From: Octopus sinensis
Lineage: Eukaryota
Reading direction: 5' to 3'
NCBI RefSeq assembly: GCF_006345805.1
Contig: NW_021824194.1
Span: 1-19,625 of the forward strand
Length of the DNA: 19,625 nucleotides
The position numbers and the translations under genes were made by a program. Shown piece by piece: positions 1 to 10,856 of the stretch. Each line of letters begins with the position of its first letter. Position 1 is the first letter of the stretch. The notes under the pieces are model-generated. The model was not told where the DNA came from and made no database searches. It saw only the letters and a list, made by a program, of their open reading frames with translations.

Positions 1-381
1 GTAAATTCTTTTCTTTTGCTCTTCTTGTTATTCAATGAAATTATTGATGGTAGAGATCATGATGCTAATGATGATAACGTTGCTACCGCTGTTGATTATG
101 ATGACGACGATGATGGTGCTGATGAAGACTGATGCTAATCATAGCAGTTCTTCTTCTTCTTCTATATCAACACCACACAGGATATTTGAAGTCAACACCA
201 AATGTCAAGGAACCCCTCACAAACTAAATGTAGTGATGTTTCACATATGTTCAACACCTATTTACAGCTAGATGGACTGAGCCACTTCTAAAATTCTCTA
301 TTTTATACGTAACTCATGTCTACTGTGCTGTCTCGCATACGAGAGCATTTTAATTTGTGTATACAGTGTTACAGCTTATAT

Positions 382-384
<3 letters not shown>

Positions 385-443
<59 letters not shown>
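385..443. repeat. (CA)n microsatellite
   Basis: Perfect AC run seen directly. Confidence 0.97.
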
Positions 444-446
<3 letters not shown>

Positions 447-675
447 CAATTTACGAATAGATGGCCTGAAACCTATTTCTAGAGCTGATTCTTTTGTCTG
501 TGAATACCAAAACACATTGGTGCTACATCTCAGAGCGGGTCAAACAGTCGTTCCATTATATCCTTTCATTTGCATGTCATGGGCCTCTCTTCGAGAGAAG
601 GTCCCTCATTCGCCCTTGAACGGGCCCAGAGCAAATGAGGCTATCCTACCATATGTCTTTCAAGGCATTTTCCAC

Positions 676-1158
676 CTAATCATGTTTAGCATTTTCGAAT
701 TTTCTTGTCTTTATGTTCACGCACCTGTAGACAACTGTCCGTTTGGCTGTTGCTTCGAGAACGTCGATCGGAGGCGTCAATTCTTCCCCGCTTCCATTCG
801 TTTTCATATATTTTGCTGCCTTCTTTAGTTTTTCTATTTTGTTCTCCAGTGAGATGTTAACCAATTCTTTAGCTGACGTGATATTTGCTAAGGTTTCTTT
901 CCCACCGCTAACTCCATTTTTGTTAGACTCTTCGTCGCCGTTGCATTCAGTATTGTTTTGCGTACTACTACGATTTCTATGTAGTAAGGAAAACTTTACT
1001 CCATCCTTCACTCGCTTTCTTCCTGCTATTCCTCTTTCTTCTTCTCTTATCTCTTCTTCTTCCTGCTGTCTACTGCCAACCATGGTGGGGAGGACGGGGA
1101 AGCCCTCGTGCAAATTGCAGTACCACTTTCCTTCTTCACTCCCACTTTTCGTCGCCAT
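676..1158 (-). mobile_element. Probable LINE ORF1 (gag-like) N-terminal fragment, 160 aa, ending at a stop at 676-678
   Basis: Longest non-microsatellite ATG-initiated ORF (MATKSGSEEGKW...ANITSAKELVNISLENKIEKLKKAAKYMK...PPIDVLEATAKRTVVYRCVNIK). It has a K/E-rich low-complexity and coiled-coil-like N-terminus, and the frame continues briefly (VENALKDIW) past the stop. The ORF1 assignment is inference from composition and context; no diagnostic motif was seen. Confidence 0.4.
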
Positions 1159-1384
1159 CTTGAATGTTTACTTTCTTCGAAGCAAATTTTCGAAGAAATT
1201 TGAAAGCAAAACGCTTTGTATCACCCCCAATATGGGGCTTTGGTTAACAAACGTCAGCCCCCATCCCAAGAAGGGCAGCTGGCTTGCAAGACGATTTAAC
1301 CAACAAAATACAATATAAAATCTTTTAAAACCAGTGAATTAAACAAACTTACAGCATTCCAAAAACATACCTCCAGCTATGGCG

Positions 1385-1428
1385 ATAATAATAATAATAA
1401 TAATAATAATGATAATAATAATAATAAT
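1385..1428. repeat. (TAA)n microsatellite, 5' flank and likely target of the R4/Dong element
   Basis: ATAATAATA... run immediately abutting the truncated 5' end of the element. Confidence 0.95.
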
Positions 1429-2530
1429 GCCAGAAACATAATTTCGGTAAAAAAAACTCGTGCGTAGTCACAGTAGTTCGGTATAGCGCTGGAATCCTGA
1501 AGTGAACAGAAGAGGAGCTAAAGAAGATGGACAGGAAATCGAGAAAGCTCCTAATGACGCATGGAACCCATCACCCACGTGCAGACATTGATCGCCTATA
1601 CATGAAGGGAGCAAATGAGGGAAGAGCACTGATAAGTGCGGAACACTGCGTACGTATCGAACTCGAGTGCTTAATGAGGTACCTATCATAAAGTAAGGAA
1701 ACCTTGCTACTGTCAGTTAGGAACGAGAGAGTATTGAGGGCAGAGAAAAAAAAAACCCGAAACAATGGAAGAAGTACAAAAAGGACATGAAGAAAAATTA
1801 CGCAATAAGGGTCTACACAATCAATTCCACATAGCCACAGCAGAAGTTGCTGGAAAAAATAGGTGGTATTGGCTGATGAAAGGAACCTTAAAAAAAGAGA
1901 CCGAGAGCACTATACTGGCAGCGCAAGACCAAGCTTTGACCACGAACCGGAGGGTGAACTTTAGGAATGAGCAAGTGTCTCCGCTGTGCCGCATCTGCAA
2001 TAGAGTGGACAAAATCATTGCCCATATCACGAACGAATGCACTAGACTTACCCCCAAACCACTACAAGTTGTGGTGACACGATCAGGTAGCGGATGTTGC
2101 TACATTAAAAACTATGCGAAAAGTGGAGGGTAGAGAGAGGCAAGACGTGGTATGAGCACAAAACGCAGAGAGTGGCGAAGTCGGAGACTAGCAAGATTCT
2201 CTGGGATTTCTCAATCTAAACAGATCAGGTGCTAGACCATAACAGACCTGACCTAGTGGTAGTCGACAAGATGCACCACATGTGCTATATAGTGCCAATT
2301 ATTGTTGGGCTCTTGGGGCCAGTATCAGAAGATATCAAGAGTTATATAAAGGAAATTGGAATAGAGTGCCCAGGAAAATTGTAACAAAAGGTATGCCCCC
2401 TTAGCACGGCCAGAATAATCAGGAAAGTATTAGATAGCTGAAAAGAATGGATAGTATGGTACTGTAGGCTGCAGGTAGTAATCTCGGTACGCATGTAAAA
2501 CTCTAGGAGTTCCAACAAAACCTGTGATAA
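1429..2530 (+). mobile_element. 5'-truncated, inactivated R4/Dong-clade non-LTR retrotransposon (RT thumb/linker, CCHC zinc knuckle, restriction-like endonuclease, 3' UTR)
   Basis: Conceptual translation through stops and frameshifts gives VVRYSAGILK*TEEELKKMDRKSRKLLMTHGTHHPRADIDRLYMKGANEGRALISAEHCV, WYWLMKGTLKKETESTILAAQDQALTT, the CX2CX8HX4C knuckle CRICNRVDKIIAHITNEC, WYEHK, KILWDFSI*TDQVLDHNRPDLVVVDK, PIIVGLLG and TARIIRKVLDS* (stop 2439-2441). These are characteristic R4/Dong C-terminal motifs. Confidence 0.9.
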
Positions 2531-2935
2531 CCTTGATAAAAAAAAAAGACCTCTTTCATCGGTTTTCCTGGGCGTTTGTTCTTGACAGCCCTTCATAACT
2601 GACTGGGCAAGTTGGTATAGTATTCTCCATAGTTGGAGTAACCCTTTTGAAGACAGTCAATAAAAACAATGCCTTCTGCATCCCCACAAAATCTGAGACC
2701 TTCAATCCCCTACAGATGAAACGATCTTGGTTTTTTTTGGAGCAGGTGAAGAGGGGTATTTCCACTGCATGGATTCTGTCTTTGTCCCTGTTAGAATGAA
2801 TCTTCTTGGAGGGGAAATAATTTTTGGGCAGGTACTTGAGAACACCACGATGCCAACTTTTGTTGATTTTTCTAGAGAAGTCACTACTAGTTATTTCTGA
2901 AGTCTTCTTTAATCAACGTGATGAAAATTTGCCCG
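2531..2935 (-). mobile_element. Mariner (Tc1/mariner, DD34D-type) transposase remnant
   Basis: Minus strand reads RRFILTG..TKTESMQWKYPSSPAPKKTKIVSSVG, then DAEGIVFIDCLQKGYSNYGEYYTNLPSQL*RAVKNKRPGKPMKEVFF. This matches the mariner catalytic region (ETKxQSxQW, PKK, SAGKVM, IDYLxKGxTINxEYY, KRPG, GVLFHQDNA), with deletions and frameshifts. Confidence 0.8.
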
Positions 2936-3399
2936 AAAAGAATCAATTCAGTTATTAATAAGAGGAGTTAGAATGAATGAAAGCAAGATATCACAGCTCT
3001 CGTGTCACTCCTTCATAGCGAACCTACGAACTTTTCAGCCTATCCCTGTACTAAGCGGTGAGGTGTAGGATGTGGGAAGAGACGAAGTGTGCGTCAGGAG
3101 CCATAAATTATCTTTTTAAGAAATCATGCAGCATTAATTACTGGACAATTTTATTATATTTCAGGTGTCACCTCAGAATGAAGTGCGGGTGTGGGCGGGT
3201 GGGGGGTTGCAGAACCCATGTTCTCTGAAGCGCGGGGGGGATGGGATGTAGTCTTTGCTTCCTTGTTTCTATACTTCCCTCTCTCTTGCTATATATATAT
3301 TATATATATATATATACATATACACACACAGGTAGAAATATGAATTATGCCTATACACTTAAACACGCATGCATATACATTATATATATATATATATAC

Positions 3400-3523
3400 A
3401 TAGGCCATGTACCAAGAAGTTTGCTTCCGAACTACATGGATGCGGGTTCAGTCTTATTCCTTGGGTGTCATCAAAAACCTTGCGAGTGGATTTCATAGAC
3501 GAAAACCGAAAGAAGCCCATCGC
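3400..3523 (+). mobile_element. 5' part of tRNA-derived SINE (octopus-type), degraded
   Basis: aagaagtttgcttccgaactacatgg..gggttcagtc (B-box-like)..ccttgcgagtggatttcatagacgaaaaccgaaagaagccc; homologous to the reverse complement of the head of the copy at 18210-18692. Confidence 0.7.
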
Positions 3524-3594
3524 TTTTCGATCATCATGTAATAAGTTACACGACATCCACCATTACCATTGCCGCCAACTTTACCACCACATGT

Positions 3595-3690
3595 TCGCTG
3601 GACTTGCTAGAAATAGTAACCAAATCTCCTTGCCTTAAAAAGTGATAAGACATTCCATAAGAACAAAAGACAGAAGAGTTATGGCTTCGG
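3595..3690 (+). mobile_element. Interspersed repeat (SINE-like 3' module), copy 1
   Basis: gacttgctagaaatagtaaccaaatctcct..., similar to 8605-8772 (gatcagctagaaatacagtcaaatctct) and to the minus-strand copy at 9340-9560. Confidence 0.45.
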
Positions 3691-4532
3691 TACTATTCAT
3701 CATATGACTGGTTATGTAATCTGGCTGAAGTGGAGGCAAGCATTCCTGGCCCCACGACCACCACCATTAATTACAAACCATCCTTGCCCCACTCATCACA
3801 CTACCAGTACCTTCCCCACCCCATTATTCACTCCTCTGTTCCGCCAACGCCACAACCAACTCCCCACCCTCACCCACCAACGCACTCTCCTTTATCCTCA
3901 CTAAGCCCCCCCCACCAACTCCCCTCCACCACCATTATTATTAAACTATTAAACAAAATCACAATAGCATTAACTTCACATTAACTAAAAGTTAAGGAAA
4001 AAAAACAGCATTAAAATAAGGAAGCAAAAAATTCTTTAAAAAACAAGGAAAAAATAAAAACATCATTAACAATACACGTCTACCCGTTATCCACCCCAAA
4101 CTAACATCCTTAACAATATACACCCGACAGGTAAAAGCATCATATATATGTGTGTGTGTATATATATATATATATTATATGTGTGTGTGTGTGTTGTGTG
4201 TGTTGTGTGTGAGCTACTCGTAAAATCATAAATTTATGCATTCGTTTTATATATCTTTTTTAAAAAAAGCTAATTAATTCTTTAAGATGTAAAAACCGAT
4301 AAGTATTATCTCTCATATTGTGTTTAAAGGGTAGAAGTTCAGTCTGGGCAGCTTCTCGGGTAGAGAGCAGGGGAGAGAGTGGCAAGCTATTACGCAAGTC
4401 GTTTTTATATGAGTACGGTTAGAAGGCAAAGACCGTCTGAAGGCGCAGAAACTTTACGTATTTTGGAGTTTTAATTCTGCTTATTGAATATGTATGTGTG
4501 TGTGTATGCCCCCCCCCCCACACACATATACA

Positions 4533-4657
4533 TTCTTTTATTCTTTTATTTGTTTCTGCCATTTGACTGCGGCCATGCTGGAGCACCAACTTTAGTCGAA
4601 AAAATCGACCCCAGGACTTATTCTTTGTAAGCCTAGTACTTATTCTATCGGTCTCTC
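4533..4657 (-). mobile_element. 3' part of octopus-type SINE
   Basis: tgtttctgccatttgactgcggccatgctggagcacc...gtcgaaaaaatcgaccccaggacttattc...tacttattctatcggtctc aligns by eye with 18218-18360. Confidence 0.8.
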
Positions 4658-4682
4658 GATAATAATAATGATACTACTGCCT

Positions 4683-4702
4683 TAATAATAATAATAATAA
4701 TG

Positions 4703-4748
<46 letters not shown>
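4683..4748. repeat. (TAA)n-(TAG)n compound microsatellite
   Basis: Seen directly. Confidence 0.95.
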
Positions 4749-4779
4749 ATTATTGCTCAGGATCTGTGCCTTCCGACTG

Positions 4780-5030
4780 GGATTTCGCAATGTAATGTTC
4801 TGAAACAGGAAATGTCCATTATATCATGCATAAGAGGAACATCCAGGGACAATCGACCACAGAATCTCTGGATGCGACCGACTGACCCCCAACAGAGAAC
4901 TTGCAAGGACATTACAGGGCAGCTTAGTACATACACTAGTCAATATGCAGAACATACAACCTCCCTCACAAACTAGTGGGAACGTAGACTACTACATGTT
5001 GCTCAGAATCCTCAGAATCTTTTGAAATTT
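4780..5030 (+). mobile_element. Possible second, highly decayed R4/Dong 3' fragment
   Basis: Follows a (TAA)/(TAG) tract; residual WDFAM (ctgggatttcgcaatg), LW and RILR (agaatcctcaga) occur in the expected RLE order. Weak. Confidence 0.3.
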
Positions 5031-5303
5031 CAGAATTCACACCGATCGGCAAATTCATGGCGAACCGACTACATGTCGTTGTGGAAGAAAGAAAGGAAAA
5101 AATAACTAATATCTGAAAGTTTTTCAGAAATTTCACGTTTGAAATTAATATCTTCGTATCTTCGGCAAGCTAAGAAGTTTTTATAACATAATACTGAGTA
5201 TTAAAGAGTTTAGTTATTGTTACATGTGTTTGCATTTATAGTTTTGGGAAATTAATTAGAGAGCTAGTTGTGAACTCTGATAGGGACTTGTAGACGTAGG
5301 CTA

Positions 5304-5335
<32 letters not shown>

Positions 5336-5340
<5 letters not shown>

Positions 5341-5659
5341 AAATGAGAAAATGGAGAAACATACTTAAATCAATCAATCATCAACCATCAGATAATACCC
5401 AATCAATACTTTATTACACCAAGTATTGATTGGGTATTATCTGATGGTTGATGATTGATTGACTTAAGTATGTTTCTCCATTTTCTAATTTTGTATTATT
5501 AATTTACGGTAATAATTTTACCCTTGCCCACATAATACAGTAGATGAATTAATTGCACCGCAATTTTTAACATTTATGTATTAGTCTTGTTGGGTACCTC
5601 TCGAGCAGTATATTGGATATATGTTATCCCATGGTGGGTTGAATTTACAACCCCTATCT

Positions 5660-5665
<6 letters not shown>
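5336..5665. mobile_element. Foldback insertion in (TA)n: 76-bp inverted arms (5336-5411 / 5421-5496) plus a ~170-bp tail; Penelope-like inverted remnant
   Basis: Arms are reverse complements with 2 mismatches and a 9-bp spacer (tattacacc). The unit is flanked on both sides by (TA)n (5306-5338, 5666-5706). The hairpin is seen directly; the Penelope attribution is inference. Confidence 0.6.
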
Positions 5666-5707
<42 letters not shown>

Positions 5708-5711
<4 letters not shown>

Positions 5712-5903
5712 GTGTCTGGAGAGCGTCATTCTCTTTTACAGCCTTATAAGCTAACACGCTCACTGGTACGATTTCCCCTCATTTATTTATCTTCTCTAAA
5801 ATTTTCGTTGCGTCTTCCAACCTCTTCCATAGGTGTTAATCGAACCGGTGAATGTTCAAAGTAATAAGGCACTAAAAAACAATGACTCTCCCTAGACATA
5901 ATA
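5708..5903. mobile_element. MITE with ~40-bp imperfect terminal inverted repeats
   Basis: Left end tattgtgtctggagagcgtcattctcttttacagccttat versus reverse complement of right end tattatgtctagggagagtcattgttttttagtgccttat. Confidence 0.75.
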
Positions 5904-5978
5904 AAATATGCATCAACACACGAATTCACATAAAGAGTCTTGCAAGCCAAATGCAAAAACGAAATATATATAAACATC

Positions 5979-5986
5979 TGTGTGTG

Positions 5987-6028
<42 letters not shown>

Positions 6029-6445
6029 GTGTGTGTGTGTGTGTAAAATAGAGAAAGTCAAAGAGAGAACTTGAGATGAAAGACAAGGGGAAGTCACTCT
6101 AGCCTGAATAGTATGAATCATATTAATGACGTGGTTAATTGTGTTGCGACTGGGAGGAGGCAGTTGGCGTGGGTTGCAGGAGAAAGGAAGAAAAGAGAGA
6201 GAGAGAGAGAGGAGAATGAGGCGATAAGTGTGTGTGCATGCTTGCGTTTTTATATGTGTTTGTACGTCTAAATTTGAATGAGTTTGAGAAAGAAAAGAAG
6301 TGTGTATGAGTGTGTGTGAGAGAGGCAGAAAGATAGAAAGACAGAGAGAGAGAGAGAATGGAAGAGGGAGAGAGAGAGAAGAAGAAAAGGAAGAGCGATA
6401 GACAGATTTTATAGTTAAAGAATAGACATGAAGAGAGAGAGAGGT
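5979..6445. repeat. (TG)n followed by GA-rich purine tracts
   Basis: (TG)n at 5979-6044 and interrupted (GA)n runs at ~6190-6442. Confidence 0.9.
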
Positions 6446-6551
6446 GGGGAGGGCGCAGAAGGCGGTGGAGACGGCGGGTGTTGAAGAGCAGATGCAACAC
6501 AAGCGAATGTATACATATTTCTATATTTTGTATGCATATATAAGTGCACAC

Positions 6552-6604
6552 TTACGTATATGCAAATAATTAAGTAAACACTTCCGAATTGAACACGTGA
6601 CTCA
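6552..6604. promoter_or_regulatory. Candidate cis-regulatory module (dense cluster of consensus TF motifs)
   Basis: TTACGTA 6552-6558, octamer ATGCAAAT 6560-6567, TAATTA 6567-6572, forkhead GTAAACA 6574-6580, ETS ACTTCCG 6580-6586, E-box CACGTG 6594-6599 overlapping AP-1 TGACTCA 6598-6604. Motifs are seen; function is inferred. Confidence 0.3.
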
Positions 6605-6748
6605 AAGAAGAAAGCATAAAAACAAAATGTGCGCGCGCGCGCGTTTAAATGCATTTAGATACAAAAGAAGAAAGATGAGCAGATTTGATGGAAAACAATT
6701 TTCCGCTCCAGTTGTTGGTGTCATTGAACCTGCTCCTTTCATTGTCCA

Positions 6749-6751
6749 TAT

Positions 6752-6788
<37 letters not shown>

Positions 6789-6818
6789 TATATATATATG
6801 TATATATATATATGTATG

Positions 6819-6849
<31 letters not shown>

Positions 6850-7200
6850 AACACATGTATTTATGTATGCGTACATATATCATGTGTTTTATGTATGTGT
6901 ATCTACTTATATATACATACAAATATATACATATATACACGTATATATATGTATGTGTATGTATATGTATGTGTATGTATATGTATGTATATGTATGTAT
7001 ATATATGTATGTATATGTGCATGTATATGGTTATGTATCTACATAAAAACACGCATATAGTCATAGATACGTTTATACAGAATATATATGTGTGTACGGA
7101 TTTGTGTGTGTATGTATATATATACATACATATGATATAGAATATATATACATACACGCATGGACATGTAGACTTACATACACCAGATGTGTGAATGTGT
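6749..7200. repeat. Degenerate (TA)/(TATG) microsatellite field
   Basis: Seen directly; explains the YI/MY/CI-rich pseudo-ORFs. Confidence 0.92.
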
Positions 7201-7219
7201 GTTTCTCTTTGCCTCCAGT

Positions 7220-7520
7220 GCGAAAAAGTATTGTCAGCAGGCCCAATGTCCTGCCAGCAGCACCAAAACGCCACCATTCAGATAGCTGCGCCCATTCGTC
7301 TCGTTCTGCAATTAACTTGGGTCCATACAGTTTGGCACCAGTTTCAGCGGAGACGTCTTTGCCTTAGAAAGCAAAGAATCTGAATAGACACAGCAAAACA
7401 TTTCGTCCAAATCCGTCCCTTGCAACAGTTCTGCCAAATCTGCAGCCTTCCATTGGCCCGATTTGACCGATTGCGAAAGGTTGACTGCACTGTTCAAACG
7501 GTTGTGTCTAACTGGCAGCC
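7220..7520 (-). mobile_element. Possible decayed RTE-clade LINE fragment (EN-RT linker)
   Basis: Minus-strand pieces WTKCFAVSIQI, KAKTSPLK and MDPS..EWAQ resemble the RTE linker W..LC..IQ...KTAPLKS...D..Q..RW.EH. Heavily frameshifted. Confidence 0.3.
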
Positions 7521-7930
7521 ATACACGTAAAGCCATACACAAAAATGCAACGCAAACCCTCATACACCACACACACACAATTAAACACATACGTAGACAC
7601 AAACAAACGCATATGCATATACACAAAGATATACACATTCAAATATACACTGACAAATAGATACGCAAACACATACACACACAGTTACACAAATACACAC
7701 ATAATCAAATACATACACACACAGTCTAACACATACACGCGCGATCAAACACATACACAAACCCAAGTATATGCACGCACATACACAAAAAGACATACCC
7801 ACTCAAACATACACAGGCACAAATAAATACAGGAACATCTATACATACACACAGATACATATATAGTTAGAGAATCACATATATATACACACATAAACAC
7901 TTACGCAGATATTCACAAACACACACACAG
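7521..7930. repeat. Degenerate (CA)/(CATA) microsatellite field
   Basis: Seen directly. Confidence 0.9.
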
Positions 7931-8490
7931 ACCATCTTGCCTCTGGTTTTGCATCGAATTCCATAAGATCCTTCTTTCTCCTTCAACCGTGGACCCTTTA
8001 ATCACTTCACATCTCAATCTTTGATGTACTGTTTCGGTCGCAGACACAGAAGAAATATATGCTTGCTCGGAAAATCTAGGCAATAGTCTACGTGAAAGGC
8101 TCTTCTCTTGTTTTTCCTGACACATTTGAGCATATTGCTCCTTCCATAACTTCAGTGCACCGGAAGCACTGAACCTGCCATATTGAACGGTTGTTAACGA
8201 TTCAATATGGTAGCAGCGATGTCTTCCCACTTTTGAAGGATTCCTATTAATTCCTCTTTAAAATGGTCTTCAGTTGGTTTTTGAAATGTTTGTTTGTACC
8301 TCCAGCCAGGCAAACGACTACGGTGTGACTGATTGTGGAGGATTTTTCAGAGTGAGATGAGACATGCGCACAACATGTTCAAGCGGTCTAGGTTATGCTT
8401 ACAATGGCGTGGATTCTCTGTTGGTGATGTTTGCCCAACGCATTATTTCTGTGTGATTCTTTGTTATTAAGAGACAGGGAGACACTTGCA
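7931..8490 (-). mobile_element. RTE-clade LINE 3' (RT C-terminal) remnant
   Basis: Minus strand gives TEIMRWANITNRES, EHVVRMSH, GGTNKHFKNQLKTILKRN and KWEDIAAT, corresponding to RTE TEVLRRANITSIE / GHVVRM / GGQxKRFKDxLK / WExxA. Confidence 0.7.
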
Positions 8491-8604
8491 CTAACATACA
8501 CAAAACTGAATGCGTATGCATGTGTATAACCAAACAAACACACACACAAACATGTCTATACACTGAAAAACAAACGCACTTGAGCCAGCGCAGAAGTCTC
8601 AGAG

Positions 8605-8772
8605 AAGCTGCTTGATCAGCTAGAAATACAGTCAAATCTCTTTCAAACCTTCAAAGGGATGCATTGGAAGATACAGTACCTGAAATACATATAGGCGGAT
8701 GGTTGCGGACAAAAATGTCTATTGATCATGAGCTGACCTTGATAAGAGCTGACCTCGGGTTTAACAACAACA
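8605..8772 (+). mobile_element. Interspersed repeat (SINE-like 3' module), copy 2
   Basis: ctagaaatacagtcaaatctct..ttgatcatgagctgacc..gctgacctcgggtttaacaacaac, ending in an (AAC)n tail; similar to 3595-3690. Confidence 0.5.
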
Positions 8773-9339
8773 CTAACATTTAATACTCTGACTTAAACAC
8801 ACTGAAAAGCAACGGTGTTTCCTCACACACGAACACCTACATAAACAAACGCACGCGCACGTACACATAAATACAAACACAATCACGTAGACATATATAT
8901 ATAGACAGTCAATTAGATAAGAGCTTTTAACAGGTTTGACTGTAAATCATCCCATCTGGCAGCCATCGTTATTGATCACGTGTCAAAAGATATGGAGGGC
9001 GACTTAAAGAAAAGCAGACGACAAAACTGTCTGCTGCTCACATTTTACAGATGGTATCTTATCGTGTGTGAGTGTGTGCGATTGTAAAAGTGTTATATAA
9101 CATGACGAGCAAATTTGCTGTTGTCATCCTATTATATATGGTATTTAACTTGTAAGTTTGAACACGAAAACCCCACCATAAACTTTTCTTACATACATAC
9201 AGACATACATACATGTAAACCTGTATATATGTAATTTGAAAATAGTTATATTTCTATCAAATAATGAAAAATATTTCTTTAATCTGTTTGTTTCTCATTC
9301 GTAAAGCGCGACTTCTTCTTCACAACATTGTTATTACTG

Positions 9340-9560
9340 TTGTTTCTGCTGCCTTTCAGTCACACCAGTTAGCTATCATTGATCAGACGACAATCCTACG
9401 TTCACCCGCCTCTTACCTGTGACCAACTTGCCTTTTATTAAAGCAGTGTATATTCCGGACTGCATTGCTCAATAGGTCATGTCTTTCTTAGAATGGTGGT
9501 CTATGAGTTGAGGGAGATTTAGCTATCATTGTTAGGAACTTGCCTGACCACCTAGATATT
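9340..9560 (-). mobile_element. Interspersed repeat (SINE-like 3' module), inverted copy 3
   Basis: gagggagatttagctatcattgttag resembles the reverse complement of the ctagaaatag..caaatctccc block, with a tgttgtt tail at its left end. Confidence 0.45.
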
Positions 9561-9849
9561 CTTTTGTTGATACGTTGTTTTATATATGTCTGTGCCACAT
9601 CGTCAGATATTTCTACCTGGTTAAATTAGACACAATGATGTGCCATCAGAGGTGCCTATATATGGTAGGGGCGATCCAACGCGATATATCTGTCGTATCT
9701 TAAATTACAATCCATGAAGGCCCAATTGGATAGCATAATACTAGATACATATACCCGAAGAAGATGGAGCTGTCACGGCTAAAACACCAGTTTTAAGAGG
9801 ATTCACCTCTGGTCAAGCAAAAATAAGATGAGGAGCAACTGAGAGGAGG

Positions 9850-9915
9850 CAGAAAGTCGGACGAAATGCCACTAAGCAGTTTGCCCGGCGGGTTAACGAT
9901 TCGGCCGACTCACCT
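9850..9915 (-). mobile_element. SINE 5' head fragment (second tRNA-derived family)
   Basis: Reverse complement ggtgagtcggccgaatcgttaacccgccgggcaaactgcttagtggcatttcgtcc has an A-box-like tRNA head; family recognition is from memory. Confidence 0.5.
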
Positions 9916-9956
9916 TATTAATGCTAGCACTAATTGTTGAATAGATATTTCTTTCA

Positions 9957-10540
9957 TTGTCTGTCTGTCTGTCTATCTATCCACCTGACTGTCTGTCTAT
10001 CAGCCTGTCTATCTGTCTCTCTATCTATCCGCCTGTTGTCTGTCTATCAGCCTGTCTATCTGTCTGTCTATCTATCCGCCTGTTGTCTGTCTATCAGCCT
10101 GTCTATCTGTCTGTCTATCTATCAGCCTGTCTGTCTGTCTATCAGCCTGTCTGTATGTCTGTCTATCTATCAGCCTGTCTGTCTGTCTGTCTATCAGCCT
10201 GTCTGTCTATCTATCAGACTGTCTGTTTGTCTGTCTCTCTATCAACCTACCAGTCTGTCTGTCTATCTCTCAATCAGCCTGTCTATCTATCCCTCTATCA
10301 GCCTGTCTGTCTATCTCTCTATCAGCCTGTCTGTCTGTCTGTCTATCAGCCTGTCGGCCTGTCTATCTATCAGCCTATCTGTCTGTCCGTCTATCTATCA
10401 GCCTGTCTGTCTGTCTATCAGCCTGTCTGTATCAGCCTGTCTGTTTGTCTGTCTATCTATCAGCCTGTCTGTCTATCAGCCTGTCAGTCTGTCTGTTTGT
10501 CTATCTCTCTATCAGCCTGTCTGTTTGGCTGTCCATCAGC

Positions 10541-10573
<33 letters not shown>

Positions 10574-10687
10574 CGCCTGTCTGTCTGTCTGCCTATCTCT
10601 CTATCAGCCTGTCTGTCTATCTCTCTATCAGCCTGTCTGTTTGTCTATCAGCCTGTCTGTCTGTATGTAGGCCTATCAGCCTGTCTG

Positions 10688-10742
<55 letters not shown>

Positions 10743-10796
10743 CCCTGTCTGTCTGTCTATCTATCTATCTATGTGCCTGTCTATCTATCTATCTGC

Positions 10797-10846
<50 letters not shown>

Positions 10847-10856
10847 GTCTGCCTGT
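9957..10856. repeat. Complex (TCTG)/(TCTA) satellite with recurrent TATCAGCCTGTC module
   Basis: More than 20 recurrences of tatcagcctgtc/tatccgcctgt embedded in TCTG/TCTA runs, ending in pure (TCTA)n; explains the LSIY/LSVC ORFs. Confidence 0.95.

Noticed and set aside
1-10. Window begins with GTAAAT (possible intron 5' end)
   Set aside because: The upstream exon is not visible, so it cannot be distinguished from chance
743-1318. 191-aa plus-strand ORF
   Set aside because: Antisense shadow of the purine-rich minus-strand ORF 676-1158; non-ATG start and S/F/L-rich
3148-3200. Acceptor-like ttttattatatttcag
   Set aside because: No convincing downstream exon/donor pair or protein similarity
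7199-7390. Strong-looking splice acceptor (tttctctttgcctccag) and a possible plus-strand exon
   Set aside because: All three frames hit stops within ~165 nt, there is no recognisable protein or convincing donor, and the region is better explained as antisense LINE debris
5783-7826. Many ORFs rich in YI/HT/CV/LS
   Set aside because: Dinucleotide and tetranucleotide microsatellite artefacts
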